Positions 12,569 to 22,331 of a DNA stretch of 64,000 bases are shown here, piece after piece. Position 1 is the first letter of the stretch, and every line of letters begins with the position of its first letter. The translations under genes and the position numbers were made by a program. The stretch is from Alphaproteobacteria bacterium (GTDB lineage Bacteria; Pseudomonadota; Alphaproteobacteria; UBA8317). The stretch spans positions 1 through 64,000 of the forward strand of contig JAYPQH010000017.1 of the NCBI GenBank assembly GCA_038131935.1. The letters are read 5' to 3'. Below the pieces are notes generated by a model that saw only the letters and a list, made by a program, of their open reading frames with translations, was not told the origin of the DNA and did no database searches.

Positions 12569-14174
12569 TCAATCGGTTCTATTTTTTTCATCGAAATATA
12601 CATTATTCGGTACTATTGAAGTGGTTCCCGAAGAAAAAAATGGATCGATTTCGATAAAGAAATTGTCTGTATTTAGCTTGTTGTATGGGTTTCCGATGAA
12701 ATTTACCGAATCTAAAAAAACAGTTCTCAAAAAGCCTGACCATTGACGAATATCCAGTCCGCTATTGAGGAAAGTGCTTTGACTGATATTTAACTGCTCA
12801 ATACTCGAATCAATTAGCGAATTTTGAATTAAGGTATTTGTAATGGTGTTGGAATCTAATGCTTCAATTCTTAAATTGAAAATTACGCTGGAATCAATCA
12901 GCAGCGATCCATTGCTGAAAAAACTATCTACATCTACATCTAGATCTTTGATGTAACCATATCTAGAGTTTAGAGCTCCAATTGTACTGTCAGTTATATA
13001 CACTCCATTCTGAACAGTCGCTAAATTGTCTGAAGTTCCGTCCAATCGAAGCGTGCCCCAGTTTTCAAAGCGATGTCCATTCAGGTTGAGAACAGCTCCT
13101 TCCGAAATGGTGATGGTTGCATTATCCGCTAGCTGTAAATCGCCAACACATCGTATTGTTGGCCAGAATAGATTGTAAGGTCATCGTTAATTATACCTTT
13201 GAGCGACACGGTGACTGCCGGATTGCTTTCATCTAAGACTATAGTAAGAGCTTGCTGAACAGATTCCGAAACTGCACCGGAAGCATCTTCTGCAGTGACC
13301 CGCACTTCGTAGCTCCCATCTGGAACAGCGCTTCCCAAGTTTAATTCAGAACCTAATATAGTCCATACACCTTCTTCAGACGGAGTGGATGAGACTGAAG
13401 CAAGCAATGCATTGCCTTGGTAAAGCTCTAAATTCACAATCGAGGAAGTATCACACTGACCTGACCAAACCATGTCATCTAAACTCTCGGTGTAGGTGAG
13501 CTGGCTGTCGAATTCGTTAAAGCTAGGTAAAGTTACGAAATCTCTTACATCCGAGGACGGTTCGCTAGATATCTGTTCATCGGTACCAAAACCGTCGGTG
13601 TATGAAACCTGTACTGTAATAGATGAGCCAATATCATCTTGGCTGAGTTCATATGCTGAAGAAGTTGCACCTCAATTGGTAATTCATCTCGAAACCATTG
13701 ATAACTGATAGTGCCTATTCCATCCTGATCTGTGATACCTGATACATCAGCTGCGACCTCTTCACCAGCGTACAAGTCACCAACAATAGAAATGGTTCCA
13801 GTAGGCTCAACATTTACATGCGGAACAAACACATTTGGGACTAATAACGTTTCTGATATGCCGTTCAATGAAAATGCAGTAATTGATTGGTTAAACGTAG
13901 CGTCTGCGTTGTATAGAGGTTCAAATGTTAATTTGTATGAACCTGTCGGCTGCCCGTTATAGAGGCTTGAAATTATTGCAACCGATCCATTAATTACGGA
14001 TGAAGACGTTGAGGAGGACCCACCACCAACAAGCTTCGCATCCTAGTATTCAAAAGAAGAATAATTGTAGCTGAAGCGTAAGGAGAGATTATTAACTGAG
14101 CTAGTCCAATTCTCGAAATCAACAATTACTTCAATGTGACCGTTGGAGTAGGATGACGTGACTGAAGTGCCCAT
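12569..14174 (-). pseudogene. Disrupted extracellular Ig-repeat / beta-helix-like protein
   Basis: ATG 14174 is in frame with a TAG at 14043-14045 and with ORF 13545-13868. Frameshifts near 13670 and 13145 link it to ORFs 13129-13473 and 12569-13045. Contains the D-x-DG...YQW...GAT...VSYTDG Ig-like repeat. Confidence 0.65.
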
Positions 14175-14510
14175 AAAAGAACCTTAAATCCTGAAAAATA
14201 TACCGACATGTTACACCCGTTTCTATTAGTTGCAATCAAGGTTGATCGCAAAATTCTGATCGTACGTTCATGTACGTCAAAACATGTTCTGTGTAGAGGC
14301 TTGTATGTAAAGGTTCTTGGATGGGTACGCGGGGCCTAGGTGTATGGCCGTGTAGGTAATTCAGGGTATGCCGACTTTGCGCACTTCGCATCTAAACAAA
14401 TATTAGAGTTGTTTATGTTTTGTACACCAGGATTTGTTAGGAAATAGAAGAGAGGTGAGTGTTGAAGTCCTCAGAAGTCCCGCAGAAGCTTCTAAAAACC
14501 AATCGCAAAA

Positions 14511-14571
14511 ACGGTATTATTTACGGTATTAGAAACAAAAAAGCCACGTAATTATTTGATTTACATGGCTT
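14511..14571. promoter_or_regulatory. att-like site: integrase arm-type direct repeats and IHF site
   Basis: ACGGTATT at 14511 and 14523 (12-bp period). Inverted repeat AAGCCAcGTAA...TTACaTGGCTT (14541-14571) overlaps AATCAAATAATTA on the minus strand (14549-14561), matching the IHF consensus WATCAANNNNTTR. Confidence 0.6.
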
Positions 14572-14584
14572 ATTAGTAATGAGA

Positions 14585-14670
14585 TGGTGCCCTCTGCCGG
14601 ACTCGAACCGGCACGGCCTACGGCCCCGAGATTTTAAGTCTCGTATGTCTACCTATTCCATCAAGAGGGC
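14585..14670 (-). tRNA. tRNA-Leu (UAA)
   Basis: Reverse complement GCCCTCTTGATGGAATAGGTAGAC...CGAGA CTTAAAA TCTCG...GGTTCGAGTCC...GAGGGCACCA; long variable arm, encoded CCA. Confidence 0.97.
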
Positions 14671-14933
14671 GGATGGTCCAAAACTTGATGAGCAATAGGG
14701 GATACACGGATCTGTAGCCCTAGGGCAAGGGTGAAGTGATCTGAAATAGTTGTGAATGCAATCATAACCTTGAATGCTTAAGGGTTTGCCATTTTCAAAG
14801 AACCTATTCATTCTTGAAAATCGAGTGGCAATTTTGTTCCATGAGTCCACTATTTATAAAAATCTATTTCATCGTGGGAATGTTGTATCCATACATTTCT
14901 GTGCTGAAAAAAACCAGGAGAGATCGTGGTCCG

Positions 14934-15080
14934 ATGGACTTTGAGTGGTTATCAATAATAGCGAAATACTTAGTTCCAATCTCGTTTTTAGGATTTGGTA
15001 CAGCTTTTATGCTGTATAATTATAGGAAGTACGCTTCTTGGCTCAAAGATAAGTTATTTGCCGATAAAACAGATAATTAA
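14934..15080 (+). CDS. Small single-TM hypothetical protein (48 aa)
   Basis: MDFEWLSIIAKYLVPISFLGFGTAFMLYNYRKY...; hydrophobic helix followed by basic residues; AGGAG at 14916-14920, with rather long spacing. Confidence 0.5.
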   Translation: MDFEWLSIIAKYLVPISFLGFGTAFMLYNYRKYASWLKDKLFADKTDN

Positions 15081-15290
15081 CAATTCATAATGATTGATCA
15101 ATCTAAGACATGTATTTGAAGCATAAAGGGCAGAATGTTTAAATGTTTTCTATGTCAGTGTAGGGTGCCCTTCAGTTTTCCAAACTAAGATTTTTTATTC
15201 TGTTTGAGTAAGACCTTGAAAAATCACTTACTCTTATGGTTACGTCGCATTTAGTGGATTTATTTGGCACACGAATGACAGGAGGATGTC

Positions 15291-15371
15291 ATGACAAAAC
15301 GCATCATTGCTCTGGGTTTTTTGTGTTTGCTAACAGGCTGTGTTGATGTGCCTCTTATTCCTCTAATCTAA
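15291..15371 (+). CDS. Very small lipoprotein (26 aa precursor)
   Basis: AGGAGG RBS 5 nt before ATG; MTKRIIALGFLCLLTGC-VDVPLIPLI-stop, with a basic n-region, an h-region and an LTGC lipobox. Confidence 0.75.
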   Translation: MTKRIIALGFLCLLTGCVDVPLIPLI

Positions 15372-15394
15372 AACACCCTGGTTGGGCTAGTAGA

Positions 15395-16183
15395 CTAGTG
15401 CAAAGGGGGAAGAAACTGCTCTGTCAAAATACGCTCTGAGAGAGACTGACCTGGATCAAATAGAAGTTTCAACGTGATATCCTGTGACTCCCGAATGCTG
15501 ACAGATTGAACATCGCGAATTTCAATATTGTCTGACACAACGGAAACGGGCCTTTTTCTGGCTTCTAAAACACGAAACCCAATCACAGCATCATGAGGAA
15601 GTAAAGCACCGTGCCAACGTCTAGGACGAAATGCAGAAATTGGTGTGAGCGCTAATAAAGATGCATTGATAGGAAGTATAGGGCCATGGGCCGATAGATT
15701 ATAGGCTGTGCTACCTGCTGGGGTGGAAACCAGGCAGCCATCACAAATCAATTCATTCATGCGAACTTTTTCGTCCACGCTGATTTGAAGTTTGGCCGCT
15801 TGGCGGGTTTCACGCAGAAGAGATACTTCATTGATCGCAAAATTTTCATGTGTTGTTTCATTGATATCAACACATGTCATCTGTAGTGGGTGAAGTTTGA
15901 CCATCTCAGCATGATCTAATCGGTGCATAAGGTTTGGAACAGAATAGTCGTTCATGAGAAAGCCAACAGTGCCACGATTCATGCCATAAACTGGTTTTTC
16001 CAATTCCACCATTTTTCTTAATGTTTGCAACATATGGCCATCACCACCGAGTGCAACCACAATATCAGCATCATCAATTTCTACATGGGGATACTGCTTT
16101 TCTAAATCGTTTTTTGCTTGCTGGGCTTCATCACTGTCTGATGCGGTAAAATGGATTTTACGATGCTCGATTTGCGTCATCAT
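15395..16183 (-). CDS. nadK: NAD kinase
   Basis: GGDG motif, NE motif, [16 protein letters not shown]. Confidence 0.95.
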   Translation of the reverse strand: MMTQIEHRKIHFTASDSDEAQQAKNDLEKQYPHVEIDDADIVVALGGDGHMLQTLRKMVELEKPVYGMNRGTVGFLMNDYSVPNLMHRLDHAEMVKLHPLQMTCVDINETTHENFAINEVSLLRETRQAAKLQISVDEKVRMNELICDGCLVSTPAGSTAYNLSAHGPILPINASLLALTPISAFRPRRWHGALLPHDAVIGFRVLEARKRPVSVVSDNIEIRDVQSVSIRESQDITLKLLFDPGQSLSERILTEQFLPPLH

Positions 16184-17200
16184 TTATCCTCCGGTGACAG
16201 ACATATGCCTGTGGACACCTGAAATCCCTTTGGTGCGATCTATCACAAAGTCGTGGCCCTTAGGTTTCATTCCTAGAGCATGACGAATAGCTTGCTCGAG
16301 GTCTTCTTGCTTCCGAAGGGTTTCGCGAAGATCATAACAATCATCCTGTCCAAGACATAGGTACAACAAACCCGTGCATGTAAGCCGAACACGGTTACAG
16401 CTTTCACAGAAATTATGACTTAATGGCGTTATAAATCCTAACCGTCCCCCTGTTTGCAATACATCAACATATGTCGCGGGCCCAGCGGTGCGGTGGTTAG
16501 AGGGCACCAAGGTCCATGAAGAACTCAAACGTTCTCGTATTTCTGACAATGGTTGATATTGATCAACACGATCAGGTTCAACCTCTCCCATGGGCATGGT
16601 TTCTATGAGTGAGATATCAAATCCATGACCGTGAGCCCAAGCAATTAAGTTTGGGAGTTCTTGATCATTAAAGTCTTTCATGACGACGGTATTAATCTTG
16701 ACATGAATTCCAAGATTCTTTGCGGCCATAATCCCATCGAGCACGGGTTCAAGTTTCCCCCAACGGGTTATCTGTTGAAATTTTTGAGGATCCAGACTGT
16801 CAAGTGATACATTGATCCTCTTAATGTTGCAGGATACCAGATCTTGAGCGAAGCGTTTAAGTTGGGTACCATTGGTCGTTAAGGTTAACTCTTCAAGCCG
16901 CCCTTGCTCGACCCAACTGCCCATTTGTTTGAGTAGATTAAGGATATTCTTCCGGACCAAAGGCTCTCCCCCGGAAATACGAATTTTCTTGGTGCCGAGT
17001 TTCACAAACATGTCGCAAATTTCGGCGAGCTCCTCAAAACTTAAAAGGTCTTTTTTGGGAAGGAATGTCATATTTTCTGACATGCAATATTGACAGCGAA
17101 AATCACATCGATCTGTTACTGAAACCCGAAGATAGTCCACTGTTCGTCCGTAAGGATCTGTAAGTTTTTGGTTGTTCTCGTCTACCGTAACCATCATCAC
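16184..17200 (-). CDS. moaA: GTP 3',8-cyclase (molybdenum cofactor biosynthesis)
   Basis: YLRVSVTDRCDFRCQYCM radical-SAM motif, C-terminal CxxC...C cluster, terminal GG. Confidence 0.97.
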   Translation of the reverse strand: MMMVTVDENNQKLTDPYGRTVDYLRVSVTDRCDFRCQYCMSENMTFLPKKDLLSFEELAEICDMFVKLGTKKIRISGGEPLVRKNILNLLKQMGSWVEQGRLEELTLTTNGTQLKRFAQDLVSCNIKRINVSLDSLDPQKFQQITRWGKLEPVLDGIMAAKNLGIHVKINTVVMKDFNDQELPNLIAWAHGHGFDISLIETMPMGEVEPDRVDQYQPLSEIRERLSSSWTLVPSNHRTAGPATYVDVLQTGGRLGFITPLSHNFCESCNRVRLTCTGLLYLCLGQDDCYDLRETLRKQEDLEQAIRHALGMKPKGHDFVIDRTKGISGVHRHMSVTGG

Positions 17201-17304
17201 CCTCCCGTGCTCTTTTATTTGCTTTTATGCACTATATGACTAGCTTTATATGGGCCTAGGCATCAAGAGCTTTACCACTTAAGATTTCGTAATCGGGGGA
17301 TAGC

Positions 17305-17490
17305 GTGGAACAAACAAAAGAAGATAGAATCAAAGCGGCTGGCCTCAGGGCAAAACAAGAAGCTGAAGAACGTCGTCAGCAATCAGTGAGCAATAGCCAA
17401 AACCTACAACCTGAGGTTGGTGGTCGCAATGGTCCAGAACCTACCCGCTATGGGGATTGGGAGCTTAAAGGAATCATTTCAGATTTTTGA
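17305..17490 (+). CDS. DUF1674 / SDHAF4-like small protein
   Basis: C-terminal EVGGRNGPEPTRYGDWELKGIISDF signature. Confidence 0.9.
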   Translation: MEQTKEDRIKAAGLRAKQEAEERRQQSVSNSQNLQPEVGGRNGPEPTRYGDWELKGIISDF

Positions 17491-17568
17491 GAGATGGCTA
17501 TCGTTTCTTCCGTGTCATTATGTAAAGTTCCGCTATTTCAATATATTCACTGAGAAAGGGTTTAAGTG

Positions 17569-18584
17569 ATGCAAGCTTGGCAAATTGTTTCTGATAAAGG
17601 TATTGATCATTTAGAACTAACAACGCGTGCACAACCAGAGCCTAATGTTGGGCAAGTGCGTGTCAACGTCAAAGCGACGGCATTAAATTTTCGTGATTTG
17701 TTAACTGTTACGGATCCTGTGTCCCGTAAGCTGCCCTATCCAAGAATCCCTAACTCAGATGGCGCTGGTATTGTTACAGCTGTTGGTCCCAACGTTAAAA
17801 ATTTTAAAGTTGGAGATCATGTCATGGGGTGTTTTTTTCAAAATTGGCTTGATGGTCCTTGTACCCAAGAAGCTATGAACTCGGCGCTTGGTGGTGCGTT
17901 GGATGGTATGCTTGCTACAGAGGTTTGTCTTAATGAGGCTGGTATTGTACAAAAACCCTCCCATTTAAGCTTCGTTGAGGCTGCAACGTTACCTTGTGCG
18001 GCACTTACAGCATGGAATGCCCTTACAGAGGCAGGCCAGCTTAAGGCAGGGCAAACAGTTCTTCTCTTGGGTACAGGAGGTGTATCCATTTTCGCGTTAC
18101 AGTTTGCAAAAATGATGGGCGCACGGGTTATCATAATCTCTTCCAGTGATGAGAAGTTATCACGCGCTGCAAAAATGGGAGCAGACATTTGTATAAATTA
18201 TGTAGATAACCCCAATGGCATGAACAGGTTCTGCATGAAACCAACCAAGAAGGGGTTGATTTGACTGTTGAAGTTGGAGGCGCTGGCACATTGGAACGCT
18301 CCTTGCTCGCAACCAAAGTTGGGGGAACCATCGGGTTGATTGGGGTGCTAACAGATGGTGCCATTAACCCAAATATTATTTTGCGCAAATCAATTCGTAT
18401 AAACGGTATTTATGTAGGTTCCAGACGTATGTTCCTTGATATGAACAAAGCACTGGTTCTTGCAGGGATCCATCCTGTCATTGATCATGTTGTCCCGTTT
18501 GAGCAGGCTCCCCATGCATTTCACGCGTTAAAATCAGCGCGACATTTTGGGAAAATTGTTATAGAAATTCCCCAAGATTCATGA
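17569..18584 (+). CDS. NAD(P)-dependent MDR-family alcohol dehydrogenase/quinone oxidoreductase (1 frameshift near 18212)
   Basis: ALNFRD, PNSDGAG, GTGGVS and HFGKIV motifs. One extra C in the C-run at ~18210 joins the two ORFs. Confidence 0.9.
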
Positions 18585-18606
18585 CCTTAGACTTTAGTTG
18601 CTGGCA

Positions 18607-19302
18607 TTAATCCGTGCTCAGCATCATTTTTATTGCAGCTCGGCAATGAATATCTGTTGTGTCAAACACAGCGAGATTACAGTTGTTGTCATTTACGCTA
18701 AGACATAGTTCCGTACAGCCCAAGATAACAGAATCTGCCCCTCGCATGTGTAATGCTTGAATGATATTGAGCAAGATGTCTTGGCTCTGTTTTGTTATGA
18801 TATTTTGACAAAGCTCGTCGAAAATAATGCTGTTAATAACCTCTTGCTGAGCAGTTTTTGGTATGATCGGTTGCACATTATATTCACGCAGTTTGTCAGT
18901 ATAAAAAGTTTCTGCCATGGTAAATTTTGTGGCAAGAAATGCAGGTTTCTGAAATCCCTCTTGTTTCAATGCTTCTGCAGTCGCCTGTGCAATGTGAAGT
19001 AAGGGAATGTGAATATTGTTCATCATTAATGTTTCCATTTTATGCATCGTGTTGGATGCTAAAATAAGAAAATCACACCTGCTTTGCTGAAGTTGAAAGG
19101 CTTCATGGTGGAGTATACCTCCGATCTGTTCCCATTCATTTTCATGCATCAAATGTGCAATGGGGGCAAAATTTAAGGAGCGTAGGATGATATCAGGCGC
19201 ATGAAGGCCGCCGAGGCATTCCTGTGTTAATCGACATAACTTTTCGTAATAAATGAGTGATGATGCGGCGGATAAACCACCAATAATGCCAATTTTTTTC
19301 AT
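18607..19302 (-). CDS. Aspartate/glutamate racemase family protein
   Basis: KKIGIIGGLS, ASNTMH and ILGCTEL motifs (YgeA/RacX-like). Confidence 0.92.
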   Translation of the reverse strand: MKKIGIIGGLSAASSLIYYEKLCRLTQECLGGLHAPDIILRSLNFAPIAHLMHENEWEQIGGILHHEAFQLQQSRCDFLILASNTMHKMETLMMNNIHIPLLHIAQATAEALKQEGFQKPAFLATKFTMAETFYTDKLREYNVQPIIPKTAQQEVINSIIFDELCQNIITKQSQDILLNIIQALHMRGADSVILGCTELCLSVNDNNCNLAVFDTTDIHCRAAIKMMLSTD

Positions 19303-19316
19303 CGTGAACCTTAGAT

Positions 19317-19493
19317 TTAAAAGCGTTGCCCCATTCCATCCATTGTATTCTGAAGTCTTTGAGGCACATAATTTCTGCTTCCATCCTGCCAGTTTTTAGG
19401 CTTTGTGTCAGGGGCGATAAACGGAAGAATAAAATACAAACCTGTACCCAGTGTTATAAGTACCGCTACCATAATTATCACATTCCTTATCAT
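19317..19493 (-). CDS. Small N-terminally anchored membrane protein (58 aa)
   Basis: MIRNVIIMVAVLITLGTGLYFILPFIAPDTKPKNWQDGSRNYVPQRLQNTMDGMGQRF; ends 14 nt before the co-oriented racemase start; below the ORF-track cutoff. Confidence 0.6.
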   Translation of the reverse strand: MIRNVIIMVAVLITLGTGLYFILPFIAPDTKPKNWQDGSRNYVPQRLQNTMDGMGQRF

Positions 19494-19747
19494 TTTCTCT
19501 GCCTCTAAACACTTTGGGTATGGGCTTTGTACATGTCATGTGCATAAGGAGACACGCAAGTTTTTTGGATTTTTATCCTTTGAAACGATTGGTTTTGTGG
19601 TGCAATGGTTATTTGCTTACCCACATGAACCATTATGATAAGGAATATTTTTGGGCCTCTTTTCAAACGCGCAGAACTTTTGGTCAAAGCGGTGCCATTA
19701 GAAGCTTGAATAGTCACGACGGTGGTGCTATCACGCGGTTTCATTTT

Positions 19748-19822
19748 GCCGGTGTAGCACAGTGGTAGTGCAGCGGTTTTGTAAACCGAAGGTCGGGAGT
19801 TCGAGTCTCTCCACCGGCACCA
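19748..19822 (+). tRNA. tRNA-Thr (UGU)
   Basis: GCCGGTGTAGCACAGTGGTAGTGCA...CGGT TTTGTAA ACCG...GTTCGAGT...CACCGGCACCA. Confidence 0.97.
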
Positions 19823-20150
19823 TTTTTTCCAGAAATTTCCTTTGGTACCTGAAAGGGAATGACACTTCTGGTTTTTCACACACTCCATTTTTTCTATATC
19901 GAAGAGGCTAAGAAAACGCCAATCTGAGTGCCATTTGGCGCGTCGCTAAGTCACCTTTTTTGTATATACTCCATAGACCTGATAGGAAATTTAGGCAGTG
20001 TTCAATTCACGCCTCCAGCTGTCCCTTTGGCAGCACGCTGTTTTCGAGCCTTCCAGACAGTATCAGCTTCTCGATCTTCGCCTCGTAAACGCTAACGAGC
20101 AAAGCCTTGTTGGTCTCGACTATCCGACTCAAAAGACTGTCGATCTGGCG
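19821..20150 (-). pseudogene. C-terminal relic of a large serine recombinase, reading into tRNA-Thr antisense
   Basis: One frame gives RQIDSLLSRIVETNKALLVSVYEAKIEKL...LPKGQLEA*IEHCLNFLSGLWSIYKKGDLATRQMALRLAFS*PLRYRKNG...SFPFRY...KMVP, with stops at 20007-20009 and 19908-19910. I recognise this as resembling C-termini of alphaproteobacterial tRNA-associated recombinases (from memory). Confidence 0.65.
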
Positions 20151-20497
20151 CTATCTTATTGAAATTATCTCATGAAGTCTCAATGATCTTACCTGAAGAT
20201 AGACAGCAGGTTGCCGTTTTGGGGCAAGTATACTTGGTTGCTCGGTAGGGTGACAGAGGAAAGTTAAAGCCAAAAGGACATCTTGATAGCTGGTCTACAG
20301 ATATAAGTTCATCTTTCACGTTGCTTTGACATGATGTGCTCGCAGGTATTTTCTTCCTCAGGGCTTTTGCGACAATCAATCTAATGTGCTTAATTTGGTT
20401 TGGGGCAAAGTATGTTTCGAGATTACGGTGATTTCTTTGGGTTTCAAAAACTGAAGAACTCTGATCCTATGACAAAGATTTAGGTTAAGCCACGAGG

Positions 20498-21286
20498 ATG
20501 GTGCTACTTGCCCCGTTCAGGGAGGACAATAATTTGGTAGCGTTTGATCTTTTTGCTCTTATGCTTGTGGGCCTTGCTTTTGCCATGGGAGGCTTGGTGA
20601 AAGGGCTGATTGGGTTTGGCATGCCAACGGTTGCCATTGGTGTCCTGACATTATTTATTGATTTAAAAACTGCAGTTGCTCTTTTTTTCATACCAGCCAT
20701 TATCGCTAACTTTTTACAGGCTATCGATGGAAAAAACTTTTATGTCGTATTTAAGCGCATAAAAACATATTTATTTTGTTCGGCGATCGCTGTTTTTTTG
20801 GGGGTACATCTTTTGGCCACCGCAAACCCTTATCTTGTAAAGGCGATACTGGCCTGTCTGCTGATCGCATATGGGGTGGCGGGTTTAAAGAACATCACCC
20901 TAACAGTTCAACCCAAACAGGAATTTTGGCTCACACCTGTGGTGGCAGGATTATCTGGTACGCTTGCGGGCATCACTGGGTCCTTTGCAGTTCCTGGTAT
21001 TTTTTACATCAAAGCGTTTGGGCTGAAGCGAGATGATTTTATTCAAGCCACTGGGATTATTTTTACCTGTCTGGCCATCGTATTAACCATTGCCCTTATC
21101 AAAACAGGATTACTTAGCTTAGAAATCACCACATTATCTTTTTACGCTATGCTCCCAACAACTGTTGGAATGATGATTGGACGCTATATTCGACAAAAAA
21201 GCGATGCGCAAAAGTTTGATACCATCTTTTATGTGATGACAATTGTCCTTGGCATTTTGCTGTGGGTGCAAATTTTCTGGGGTTAG
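20498..21286 (+). CDS. Sulfite exporter TauE/SafE family membrane protein
   Basis: GLVKGLIGFGMP and SGTLAGITG repeats; ~8 TM helices. Confidence 0.9.
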   Translation: MVLLAPFREDNNLVAFDLFALMLVGLAFAMGGLVKGLIGFGMPTVAIGVLTLFIDLKTAVALFFIPAIIANFLQAIDGKNFYVVFKRIKTYLFCSAIAVFLGVHLLATANPYLVKAILACLLIAYGVAGLKNITLTVQPKQEFWLTPVVAGLSGTLAGITGSFAVPGIFYIKAFGLKRDDFIQATGIIFTCLAIVLTIALIKTGLLSLEITTLSFYAMLPTTVGMMIGRYIRQKSDAQKFDTIFYVMTIVLGILLWVQIFWG

Positions 21287-21320
21287 ACTCTTGCGGGTCT
21301 AACCCATCTTTTTAAAAAGT

Positions 21321-22093
21321 TTATTTCCCCTTCCACTGAGGCGCGCGCTTTTCAGAAAAAGCTTTAGCACCCTCAATCATATCCTCACTGGAGAGTAGCG
21401 TACGGGCACTTTCATAGTCTTCATTCATAGCGTCTTCCAGGAAGCAAAGCTTAGGCCCTTCTGCACAATATCCAAACTTGTCCTAATGGAGACAGGAGAA
21501 CATTTTGTGATATCCTCTGCTACTTTAAGGGCAACATTTAAGGCCTCTCCTTGGGGAGCTAAGTCAGACACAAAGCCCATATCAAAACCTTCTTGGGCAG
21601 AGACATGTCGCCCCGTCAGAATCATTGCCATCGCTTTTTTATGGGGAATACAACGTGGTAATCGGTGTAACCCGCCCGCGAGGGCAGCCAAGCCTACCTT
21701 GGGTTCAGGGAGGGCAAAAATAGCATTCTCGGCGGCAACGATAATGTCGCAAGCCAATGCCATTTCAAATCCTCCACCCATGGCCACTCCGTTTACGGCA
21801 GCGATCATTGGTTTTGTGCGGTTAAAACGGGTTGTAATCCCACCAAAACCGCTTGGAGGACGCTCGCGACTTCCACCTTCCGCTTGAAATTTAAGGTCAT
21901 TACCAGCGCTAAATGCCCGAGGTCCTGCCCCTGTTAAGATACAAACCCACAAATCATCATCATTTTCAAAATCATTGTAAATTGCATCCAGCTCAAAGTG
22001 AGCAGGCGAATGCAGGGCATTCATACGTTCTGGCCTATTGAGGGTTACCGTTAAAATATGCCCATTTTTTTCAGCATAGCAGAATTCACCCAT
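21321..22093 (-). CDS. Enoyl-CoA hydratase/isomerase (CaiD-like; 1 frameshift near 21440)
   Basis: LNRPERMNAL, AFSAGNDL, AMGGGFEMALACD and LPEPKVGL motifs. The canonical tail EGAKAFSEKRAPQWKGK-stop is in another frame, ending at 21321. Confidence 0.92.
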
Positions 22094-22331
22094 GATCTTT
22101 CTCCTGTAAAATATTTATAGGTTTGTGCCACAAGGGGCTCATAAAAGCCCAGCGGATGTGTAACGTTAATTTAAGCGTACTATTCAAGATCTAAAGAAGA
22201 AGGGCAACAAGGCAGTTGTTGAAGATGGTCTATGTTTGATGATTTTTCAGATCCATGAATTGTTTTCTCAAGCCATTTGAAGATAAGAGTCAGATAACTA
22301 TTGTTTAACTTAGGTCGAATTGGTTGATCCC

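Larger units (their letters stand above)
1..14584. mobile_element. Putative genomic island at the tRNA-Leu 3' end; left boundary and integrase lie outside the window or are lost
   Basis: Accessory surface-protein cargo directly downstream of the tRNA 3' end, with arm-type direct repeats and an IHF consensus at 14511-14571. No integrase ORF is visible. Confidence 0.55.

Noticed and set aside
19326-19888. Overlapping short track ORFs around tRNA-Thr
   Set aside because: They overlap the tRNA or the better-supported 19317-19493 ORF and lack protein-like features.
20170-20480. Possible further pseudogene next to the recombinase relic
   Set aside because: No frame gave a motif I could recognise.
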